A stretch of 61,747 nucleotides of DNA, counting the filler, from Choristocarpus tenellus KU-1152 (taxonomy: Eukaryota > Protista > Phaeophyceae), in NCBI GenBank assembly GCA_964200185.2. It is 13 parts of 13 records of this genome, joined end to end, with 100 filler letters (N's around TTAATTAATTAA, not from the genome) between each part and the next. Parts side by side here need not be neighbours in the genome. Positions count along the whole stretch, not along the records: positions 49,935 to 52,814 come from CAXNAD020023975.1; positions 52,915 to 61,747 come from CAXNAD020004279.1; 11 more parts are not named here. The stretch is one strand, 5' to 3'. Below the pieces are notes generated by a model. It saw nothing but the letters and a program-made list of their open reading frames with translations, did not search any database and had not been told where the DNA came from. Shown here in pieces: positions 52,141-61,747 of this stretch. Numbering within the stretch: the first letter of the stretch is position 1; each line of letters opens with the position of its first letter. A program made the translations under genes and the position numbers.

Positions 52141-52814
52141 GTATTTTATTATTATGCCCTCTGACGCATTGTAGATGTGTCAGGAGGAAAAAACAAATGA
52201 AAACTATACATTATGTCACTATAAGCCCTAAGGAAATAAAATTATCATAAATGTGAAAAACATTATCTATTTGTTACTTCACCACTATCCATGTTGTACT
52301 ACTGCCTTCCTGTGCGTCCAATCTACCTACTCCTGCGCCCCCGGCCGGGGGAGGAGCTAGGGAGGCATCCCAATAAACATCTCTGTGCCCATCTCCCTGG
52401 TGGCTCTAGCTTAAAATGCATGACACGTACGTCTAGACAGGGCCACGTGCGTAGTCACTGAGACAATTTGGCATAGTCGGGATTTGACTACTCCTTTTCT
52501 GCTAAATCCTCCAGTTTCTCTCCCCCCCAACATATGAATGGCCAGCTCATCCAGGAAGCATTCTGCTTGCTTGCCGAGGCGCCCAAAACTTCCACCGCGA
52601 AGGTGTTGAGGATATAACTACGAGGATCAAAGGAGCCCTCGTCGTGGGAAAGCTTTCACGCCTCGGCTGCAGCAGCAGCTACACCATTATTGCTGGTGGA
52701 TGAGTGGGTTATGTGGGAGGTTGCCTGTACCTCTGCGAAGGTGACGTCTAGCAGAAGACATTTTGTCCCTGTAGTGAGCTGTTCCGGCGTCTGCTAGTGC
52801 CCCTGCGTGAAACA
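52141..52814 (-). mobile_element. CRE-clade 3' part with tail
   Basis: Colinear with the reverse complement of 45190-45860. Confidence 0.85.
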
Positions 52815-53700
52815 NNNNNNNNNNNNNNNNNNNNNNNNNNNNNNNNNNNNNNNNNNNNTTAATTAATTAANNNNNNNNNNNNNNNNNNNNNNNNNNNNNN
52901 NNNNNNNNNNNNNNCCCCCCCAGATACTTTGAGCCTATTGCAGGTAAAGTGTCTGCTCTAGACATTCTGTCGCCAGTGACTGATAGAGGTAACGATTTGT
53001 ATCACACTCTCTCAATGTAGCTGAACAGTGACGTTGAGTTTCATCGAATTTTTGGAAGAAATTATACCTAGTTCATTAGGATCATTGGTTCAGGGTTGTA
53101 TAAGAAGTCCTACAGCAGGACACTCACTGGCATCAACATGGACGACAACAACTCTTTATCAATTCAGGAAATACCAGAACTGGGCCTACAGCGTGTAATT
53201 GTTTCACTTTAAAAGTTGCCATTTTCTGTTCCATCCCCATTCTTAGGCAATGTTCATTTTGACATATCTTTTTCTAGATTGGGTATTAATTTACATGAAA
53301 TCGATAATATCTGGGACAGATCGAAGTATTCTTACGGTAGTGGGTTTAGGTAATTCACTGATGGCACGAACCTGATCTTCACCAATGCTAATCCCTTTAG
53401 ACGACAAAACCCGAACCAAATAACGAACTTCCTTAGACCGGAATTGAATCTTTGACGGTTTCAGTTTCCTGTAGTGAAGTACAAATGCCTTTTCCAGGAG
53501 GGAGAACGTTCAATCAAATCATCCATCTAAACGAGCAAACCACTAAGAGGGTCAAACGTAATAAGGCTAATGATATGATTTTTGAAATTTGCCAGAGAGC
53601 ATTTGATATCCCAAGGCGTATCCTCTAGAAAACATAGGAAGTGACAAAAAGCAATTTTATCAATATCAGCTTCAACAACTGAAGTCTGCCAATATGTACA

Positions 53701-53868
53701 GGTCCAAAGTATCTGGGGGAGGGGTGGCGACTGTCTATTTGGCCACAATTTTTTTATGTCGCGTTTTTGGGTGACTTGGTTGCATATGTTGGATGGATAA
53801 TGTAAGGTTATGGCCCAAATGGACACCCTGGTGTAGACTCGCCCCCCGCCCCCCAGATACTTTGGGTC
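53701..53868 (-). mobile_element. MITE family B in Gypsy RT
   Basis: Interrupts CDIHS|YWQ; flanks ACA/ACT. Confidence 0.85.
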
Positions 53869-54685
53869 ACTGTGAATATCACAAACGGTGATAAATATGG
53901 CACCCCCCACGGTATATCAACATGTAACTCCCTATCAGGCGTAGGCCAAGTCTATCTAACAGTTCTCTAGCACAGAAACGAGGAGAACCATTAGACTCGG
54001 CTACGATGGTAACAGGAGTACCCCAAGGACTGGTACGTTTTTCAACAGTGAGTTGATCTTCCATATCATCTTACATGCGAGTCAACCATTCCTTGAGTAC
54101 AGGGGCTTACTCTGTACAGGTTCCCATCAACAGGTATAGTGCGAGGCTCTAGTGGAATTTCTGCTTCAGCTGGAGTACACCTGCCCAGCTTGCCGCATTC
54201 AACGAAAATACTGATGTGTGACGAGCATATAGATTTAAAACTTGAGACACTTGTGGCCGGTTGAGCATGGTATCTTTGAAGTATCTGTCATACTGAAAGC
54301 TTGATTTAACTCCTCTCCAGCTTCACTGAACGAGGCAGAATCAGTATTCAGAACACTAACGGTGAGGGGTGTCTGATCAGAAATTGGGGCCAAATGGCCA
54401 ATCACAAGTTTTGTCTTGATACGAACCTTATATTGGGGCTAACTTGAGCCAATACTGAATTAGCGTTTGCTGACCAAGAACAGAGAGTGAGTAGTGACGA
54501 TATGATTCCGTGGATGCCCTGTTCATTGTGCTGGTCTAACTCATGCATGGAATCTGCAACTGGCTCCGCTACAACGGCAGTATCAAGGGACAGGCTGTCA
54601 GTAGATTTGCGACGAATTATGATTTCACGACTTCCTAGGGGTACTTTGCTGCTCATGCTAACGGACGGGTACAGGGTCAAAATCA

Positions 54686-54926
54686 GAGTGAAAGTATCTT
54701 AGAGGGTACGTTTTTTGCCCTGTTTGTCCGCTTGGGGCTTTGCTTCCTGTGTTTTGTTTAATGGCATTTTCCTCCTCCAAATATTTTGTTATGAAAAGCT
54801 CTGTCCAGAACAAGGATATTGACACTTTAAAATCAATATTAATGCTAGCCAAAATGAAATCAAAATCGCAACATTGGAGTTTGCCCCCAAATGGACGCGA
54901 CTCTATCCTCTAAGATAATTTGGCTC
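54686..54926 (+). mobile_element. MITE family A
   Basis: TIRs; flanks ATCA/GTCA. Confidence 0.85.
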
Positions 54927-56437
54927 GTCATTTCGCACATTCACCACAGAACACGAAGGATTAGTACTTGTGATGGGTACTTACAGTGCGGATCTATTTG
55001 TTGTGTAATGTCTTGCTGAAATGATACATGAGGTATTGCAGAATGAGAGACGTTGTTCTTGCCAATTAAGGATTGCACCGAAGGTGTGTATAACACTTTC
55101 ATCAAGGAGTATTTTGTCAGGACCAAGTTGGAGACATCATCACTTCAACAGGTAATGTGGTATCACCTAGTTGAAAGTGAGAAACGAATAAATACGTGAA
55201 CATACAGTGGTGAACCATTAGAAGTACGCATTTTTTATTGCACTATGTGGGACAGGATGCACATCAAAACGTTTGAGTTAAGATTGAGTACGAATAAACA
55301 CCTCTGAAAAAACAAGGTACATCGCTTGGTATGTATACAATAAGGCCTCTTCCTTTTATTCTTCAATGATGCCAGATATACGGACCCTTCGTCAAGAAAA
55401 CGACAAAGGTCTTGCAGTAGATGGTATCTGCACATTGAAATGTTGTACAACATTGCCTGAACTAAAATATAGAAAAATGAGACAGAAGGACAGACTATAA
55501 ACGATGCCTGAGAAGGAAGTGGTGTGATTATTCAACCTCTGATGCTTGCCACTCCATATGATAGTGTCAACTAAACCATGATTATTTCCAAATGGACAGG
55601 AATCAATCCCACCTGGGCACCCCCACTGACGAGGAGTATAGAGACCGTCAACTGGCCATCTATGATATTGGGATTGGGGTCCACGACCTCTTTCCCTCTG
55701 GTGCAAGTATGGTCGACAAGTACCCTCAGGATCGTCAAGGTTTGCCTGGGTTGAATTGCTCTGACGAGTTTTACCTGGCATCCAGGGTATTGAGACGAAG
55801 TACATTCTAGCGTGTCATGTTGCTCATCTATTCTATGATGGAACGTGACTGGGAGGTCTGCATGGTGAGGTGGACTACGAAGGCAGGAGGTTAAACGACC
55901 AGGAGAATGAGCTGCACAGGTATACTTATAAAGCATTGAGCTGAAGACCGGGTTAGGGTCGCTTCTTTTGCCTTGTTACTATCCACTGCTGTTCGAAGAT
56001 ATTAGTTTGCTAGTTTGGGTTGGACGAAGTCTGAATGAAGAACCTGCTTATGACAGGGTTTGTGGGTGAAAGTGCTGGCGGAAGTGGGGTGTGACGACCA
56101 GAGAGTTTGTAGGCCTCATGACGTTTGGCACATTCATAGGCCTGAGGAAACGTGTTAGCAGACTCTTCCTGGATTTGTTCAGGGGACAAATATTATTAGG
56201 GAAGAAGTCATCTTACACGAGGTTGGTTTTTCGTTGCTCAACAAGGAGAGGTGTTTTGCAAAATACAATCTGAATGGGGTTTTCTACGACGGACACTATC
56301 TAGAAAACAATTCACAGCTGTTGAGCAACACAAAGAGTATACTCATCAACAGTATCTCTGTTTCTTCCTGTTTGAAGGATGTGAGTCTATGGGCCAAAAT
56401 ACTCAGAGCATGGGCGGTGGTGAACACATTAATCAAA

Positions 56438-56614
56438 GGCTCAAAGTATCTGGGGGGGGGGTGGTGGCTGTCCGTTTGTGGTCCATTTTTTCATGTCACG
56501 ATTTTTGGGTGATTTGGTTACATACGTCGGATGTTGTAAATGCACTTTTCCTGCTTTTTGTCCAAAATGGACACCCTGGTGTAGACGTTCCCCCCCCCTC
56601 AGATATTTTGCGTC
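56438..56614 (-). mobile_element. MITE family B
   Basis: GGCTCAAAGTATCTGGGG...CTCAGATATTTTGCGTC. Confidence 0.8.
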
Positions 56615-56795
56615 TGGTTCCGAATCATGTCGACATAACTCTTCAAGTTGAGGACGTGACAACATATTTGGGATGTAATATAACCTGCCGGAGTAATGAA
56701 GGATAGTAAAATCAAAACATGGCGAAGTTGTCACTAATAACTGTGAATGTTTACCCCATATGCTTGGTCTCCAGAGTTGAATTGACAGAGTAAGT

Positions 56796-57470
56796 GGGTC
56801 GAAGCATCTAGGGGGGGGTGCCAGCGTCCGTTTTTCACCCTTTTTTTCGATTTTCACTTTTTGGTGTGATTTGGTCCCACGTTTCGGATTGGAAATGTGG
56901 GCAAAAAAAAAAGACTGTTGTTTAGGTTTCCTTCTGTCCTTGCGTACGCAATAGGAATGGGAATATATGTCTGCAATTGTATCTGCTTGATTAGGAGTTT
57001 CACGTTTGCATGTGTCGGATTTCGAATGTGTTAAGAGAGGCTTATATCGACGTGTATGTTGGTTGTACAGTTAGGATGAATGAGAGATATGCCATTGGTT
57101 CTTTCAGGGCTAGTTATTGGTTTGTTTGGTTGCATGAGTGGGATTTGGTCAGCACATAAAGAGGGCTGTCGGTTAGGGTGTATTTCCCAGTGTTAGCACG
57201 AGGAAGTGAAAAAAAGACCATGGACTGTTTCTAGGTTGGGTTTTTCGTTTATTTGCTTGCATGAGTCGTGTCTGGTATGTATGCAAAGAGGACTGTCAGT
57301 TAGAGCCTGTTGTCCAGGTGTGTGCACGAGGAATTAAAAAATAATCCATGTACTGTTCTAAAGTTAGTATTTCATTTATTTGCTTGCATGTGTCGGATTT
57401 AGTATGTACACAAACGGGGTTGTCGCTCAGGTTGTTAGGGTTAATGTTGTTGGCATGAAGGAAGGAAAAA
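56796..57470 (+). mobile_element. Family D Sola2-like terminus with ~126-bp subterminal repeats
   Basis: GGGTCGAAGCATCTAGGGG...GCGTCCGTTTTTCACCC; same end at 61672 and, reversed, at ~16124-16162; GCATG(A/T)GT motif at 57008, 57132, 57259, 57386. Confidence 0.65.
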
Positions 57471-57479
57471 GGGTCAGGT

Positions 57480-59598
57480 TTTGCTTTCGGGATAGTGAAG
57501 TGTTTCTTTGATGTAATGTGTCGATGGAGAATCTGGATGTGTTCACAAAGGCTTATTGGTCAAGGCCTATTGTCGTATGTTTCGTTGGAAGTATCTCAAG
57601 ATATGCAACCCTTGAGTCTGGGTTAGGGTTGGTGGGTTGAATAAATCCTGATGAGGTAGGGTTAGGGCTAGTGTAAGTAGGGTCGACGAAGGCACTGGTA
57701 CGTAATTCAGGTAACACTTGTCTATTTTAGGTTGGCAAGTGATGCAGATGGGCTCAGTGTAAGTGTTAGGGTAAATATATGGTTAGTGTTGGTGTGCGGG
57801 GGTGGCGATCCAGGACGTTCATTGCACGTGTTTGGGAGTGGAAGTACCTTAGAGGGTAGATCCGCGTCCATTTCGGGGCGAAAATCCAATGTTGTAATTT
57901 TGATGTAATTTTGATGTAATTTTGGCTATCATGTTTGTTAGGAGATGTCAATATCCTTATTCTGGACACACCGTTTCATATTTGTATACATTTAACTTAC
58001 TCCGAAACGTTTCGGAGTAGGTAAAATGTCATTAAAACACCGTGGGAAGTTAATCTCCAAAGGGACAAACTGGGCAAAACTCGTACCCTCTAAGATACTT
58101 TCACTCTGGGGTAGGCTCAGGGTTGGTGTTTTGGTTAGGAGCATCGGGTTTGGACTTCAGTATATGATCGTCCAAGATTTGAAGGAGGACGAGATCAGCC
58201 CTCGTTTGTCGACACTTGGACAAAGCATGAGATGGTGCATAGAGTATTGAGAAGCAGGGGGGAGATAGGTTGTAGGGTTTACGGAAAATCACTGATGGTT
58301 TCACCGAAGCTCTCCAATTCTGCCTTGGCCTTGTAGAGGCGTAGGAGCTATTGGTTCGGGTCTTCGCCAGTCTCCATGGTACAGTTCTCGAAACGACGAT
58401 GAACTGCACGCATCCTTTGTTCTGTGGCCGCTTCGTACTTGGACTTCAGAGCCTGCCATGTGGACAACCCATCGTTCAGTTGGGTCTCATCGCGACGTTA
58501 GAGTCCATGTAGTAGGTCCTTGGCGGGTCCACGACAGGTAGCAAGAAGGATGCCGAAGAGCTGGTTGTTGTTCTCGTCGTAGGTGGTGGTGGGTGAAGCG
58601 GTCTTAGCGGTGGGACGTGACGGGCGCTGGACCAGAACTTTATGAACGTTGGGTGCAACACAGCTCAGGATGCCCAGGAAGTCAAGTTTGAAGGCGTCCC
58701 AGGAGGAGTCGTCGCCAGTGAAGACGGGGAGTTTTAGGGTGCGTTCCATGACGAGGTCGTGAAGGTATCTAGTGGGGCGAGAGGGGGAAAATGGGGACAG
58801 TACAAGAGAGGGTCGGGAGGATTGGCACACCCAATTATGTCGATCAAGTGTTGAGGCTCATAACCTGTTGAAACCTGAATCGAATGCATTGTATATGTAA
58901 GCGAAATACGTAGACTATGAGTGAAGAGGAATCATGGTGTTGCAAAGCACCGATGAGTAGGATGCGTAGCCTGTGATATGAGTACATGTGGTTGCGAAGC
59001 AAAGCACTGATGTATTTGTTCTGTTGCAACTGAAGTCATTGATCTCTCAGTTAAGAATGATGTGATGAGAATTCATGTCATGATATACTCAGTGAAAGAA
59101 GTCCATGCTCTGTGAAGGGGCTTGTTACCTTGGCTGACAAGGGCTTCAGTAGATGGTTTTAACTCTGTGTGTATTACATCCAAGTGTGCGTCAGGGGCAC
59201 TATTACAGAGTGAGCTTGAGGTGCTCAGTGAGGGGACAATGACAATAAATAAATAATAATAATAGACAATTACTGTGCACCTAGGGTCTTATGCATATAA
59301 AAAGAAAGAACAGAGATGGCAGACAACAACAAATTGAAAAAGGAACACAAGGTAACAGTGGAATGCACTTGGTGCAAGTTCCGAAGTAACTTGGATGACG
59401 TGTGCTATGATGTTCCTGTGTGTGATGTGGATCAACTGAATATCAACTGATGCTATACTTCTATCTACTGTCATCGATGTGATGATGAGTTGGGATGAGC
59501 AATAACTAAATGAACACTAACAACCAGTGCAGTGCACCAATCAACAGTCAGTAGAAGCTGGTAGTTTGAGAAACAAATGAGTAGCCTATTGTTTAATA
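57480..59598 (-). mobile_element. Copia 5' LTR (58866-59598), PBS and gag relic
   Basis: AGGCTCATAACC PBS at 58854-58865; gag MERTLKLPVFTGDDSSWDAFKLDFLGIL. Confidence 0.85.
57836..58106 (-). mobile_element. MITE family A in Copia gag
   Basis: TIRs; TGG on both sides. Confidence 0.9.
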
Positions 59599-59657
59599 TA
59601 TGTCAAGATTATGCTTGACCATTTGTGAGAATATGATTTGAAGTATTATTTTATGTA

Positions 59658-60070
59658 GAGTGAAAGTATCTTAGAGGGTACGAGTTTTGCCCAGTTTGTC
59701 CCTTTGGAGATTAACTTCCCACGGTGTTTTAATGACATTTAACCTACTCCGAAACGTTTCGGAGTAGGTTAAATGTATACAAATATGAAACGGTGTGTCC
59801 AGAATAAGGATATTGACATCTCCTAACAAACATGATAGCCAAAATTACATCAAAATTACAACATTGGATTTTCGCCCCGAAATGGACGCGGATCTACCCT
59901 CTAAGGTACTTCCACTCTATCCTTGTTCCGGACACACCATTTCATAACATATACATATTACCTACTCCGAAACATTTTGGAGTAGGAAAATATCACAAAA
60001 ACCCCATGGGAAGCCAAGCCCCAAATGGACAAACAGGGCAAAACTTGTACCCTCTAAGATACTTTCACTC
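59658..60070. mobile_element. MITE family A (59658-59917, +) fused to a reversed partial copy (59918-60070)
   Basis: Direct alignment to the other copies. Confidence 0.9.
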
Positions 60071-60510
60071 CTACACCCCCCAAGATAACGGCCTGGCTGA
60101 ACTTCAGTGGCGTATCATCTCCTCCCCAAAACCCGATGTCTCCTCAACAAAACTGACATTTCCGGACAACTATGACCCGAAGCTATTGCCACCGTCACCC
60201 ACCTTACCAACCCTTCCCTTACTGCCATCCTCAAAGTACGACACCCCATACCATGCCTGGAACTCCCAATACCCGGACCTGTCCCATATCCAGGTCTTTG
60301 GTGCGCGGACCTATGTCCATCATGACCGAAACCATGGGGGTAAACTAGCACCTACAGCATGGGATGGGTGTGGTTGGTTACAGCACCCACAGTACTGGGT
60401 ACCACATCTGGAAACCGCACACCAACCGGGTCCTTAACACCTGCCATGTCACCTTCTTTGAAAACCTTTCACCCCACCTACCCACCTCCGAACCTGCCCA
60501 AGACTCCTTT
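60071..60510 (+). mobile_element. Copia integrase C-terminal relic
   Basis: YTPQDNGLAE...TPYHAW..PDLSHIQVFGARTYVH..KLAP...VGYSTHSTGYHIW...VTFFE. Confidence 0.85.
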
Positions 60511-60519
60511 GTCTCGTTG

Positions 60520-61330
60520 TGGGATCTGTGCAAGAGCAAGAAGGTCAAGAAGGTCAAGCGGTGGATTAAGCCAGTCCTCTCAGACCAGCAGAAAGTCAAC
60601 AGAGTAGGTTTCGTCATCAGTCACACACACAGAAGGGGGAGAAGTGAGGTATTAGTGGACGATCCGTATGATGACTGGGGGCATATGGACGCGGAGTGGT
60701 TCTACATCCTCAAAGATGGGCAAAAGCTTGTACCTAAACCCCACCGAGGACCCCCCCAAACCCTCACAGGCACAGAATAAGCGTTACAATATGAAAGTGA
60801 TGTTTCTTGCAGCTGTGGCTCGCCCTACGAAGCTCTCCAACTGGATTTGGTTCGATTGGAAAACCGCAATCTGGCCAATCGTGGATTCATGCAGTCGGAT
60901 GGGGCAAAGTCACACACACCAAGGGGGGGACCATGCAGGCAATCCAGGAGGCAGCTAGGGATGACATTGTCATGGAGACCCAGTCAACCAACTCACCTGA
61001 CATAAAATTCAATGACCTGGGATTCTTTCATTCCACCCAGCAACTGAAGGAAGATGTGGGGGCGACGAACACAGAGGAACTGGTGGAGGTCACAGTGGAG
61101 GCATTCGATGTGTACCCCCAGGAGACACTAGAGTGTGTCTGGCAGAGCCTCTTCAGAGTCTACGGTGAAGTGCTGGGGTCCAAGGATGACAATTTCGTTA
61201 ATTCATCCATTTTAGCAAGGAAAAGGCTGAGAAGGCGCGGACAAGCTCCCCCTGAATGCCCTGACAGAAACGGCGAAAACTGTGGTGGAATGGAGTATTG
61301 GATGGCCTGGGGGGCAGAATCATAGATAGA
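60520..61330 (+). pseudogene. Plant-type (DD39D-like) mariner transposase relic
   Basis: KPVLSDQQKVNR; HMDAEWFY; KVMFLAAVARP; WFDWKT; QSTNSPDIKFNDLGFF; frameshifted. Confidence 0.85.
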
Positions 61331-61671
61331 TGTGGGCTGCCCCATTTTGCTTGAGATCTTGATGGGTAACCTACAAGTATCTGCACAATACACCCATAAA
61401 GTATGAATATGTGAAAAAGTATCTTACTTCTTCATTGGTGCTGAGATAGTTATGTTACAATTCATTCCGAACGGAGGGAGTATTAGTATACACTCTAAAG
61501 ATTTCCCCGATGTGTCAGGGGGGGGGGGTAACAAGACCAAAACTATGCGAAAAGACAAAATAAATTCTAGAGGTGTGACTTATTATAGCATTGACGACAA
61601 CTGTTATACTTACAGTAGTCCTTGTGACATAGTTTTTGTTTTTTCCTGACACACCTGCGAAATGGCAGTGA

Positions 61672-61747
61672 GGGTCAAAGTATCTGGGGGGAGGTGTCGG
61701 CGTCTGTTTTTCACCCTTTCTTCGATTTTCAATTTTTTGGTGTGATT
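61672..61747 (+). mobile_element. Family D Sola2-like terminus
   Basis: GGGTCAAAGTATCTGGGGG...TTTTTCACCC. Confidence 0.7.

Larger units (their letters stand above)
52935..56430 (-). mobile_element. Degenerate Ty3/Gypsy gag-protease-RT
   Basis: RT motifs SPWGTPVTIVAESNGSPRFC, GGAIFITVCDI.S.YWQ...DIDKIAF; protease and gag homologous to 26100-26830. Confidence 0.8.

Noticed and set aside
59832-60437. 201-aa ORF and similar PLRYF-containing ORFs (37848, 11268, 57766)
   Set aside because: Chance read-through of MITE sequence fused to flanks

Overview
Eukaryotic, transposon-dominated DNA. GT-AG introns, scattered TTAGGG motifs and the TE repertoire suggest a stramenopile, possibly a brown alga (inference only). 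The window is 13 short contigs joined by 12 artificial 100-bp spacers (44 N + TTAATTAATTAA + 44 N), so adjacency across gaps means nothing. Host genes are few: a multi-exon CPFC glutaredoxin-domain gene (7767-11100), a RUN-domain gene with a 2.57-kb exon (31314-34924), an orphan gene with an RVxF-like motif (47464-48302) and weak exon candidates. The rest is mostly nested, decayed Copia and Gypsy LTR elements, CRE-clade non-LTR elements with a hairpin+(AAT)n tail, a pogo relic, a plant-type mariner relic, a possible Helitron relic and satellites. The most notable system is Sola2-like. It comprises an intron-split transposase gene (2200-3973) with a possible divergent partner gene, a DDD catalytic-domain relic (36137-36733), and about 29 copies or ends of four MITE families. 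These families share the terminal signature G(A/G)NNNAAAGTATCT, and family A makes either 3-bp or 4-bp target duplications.
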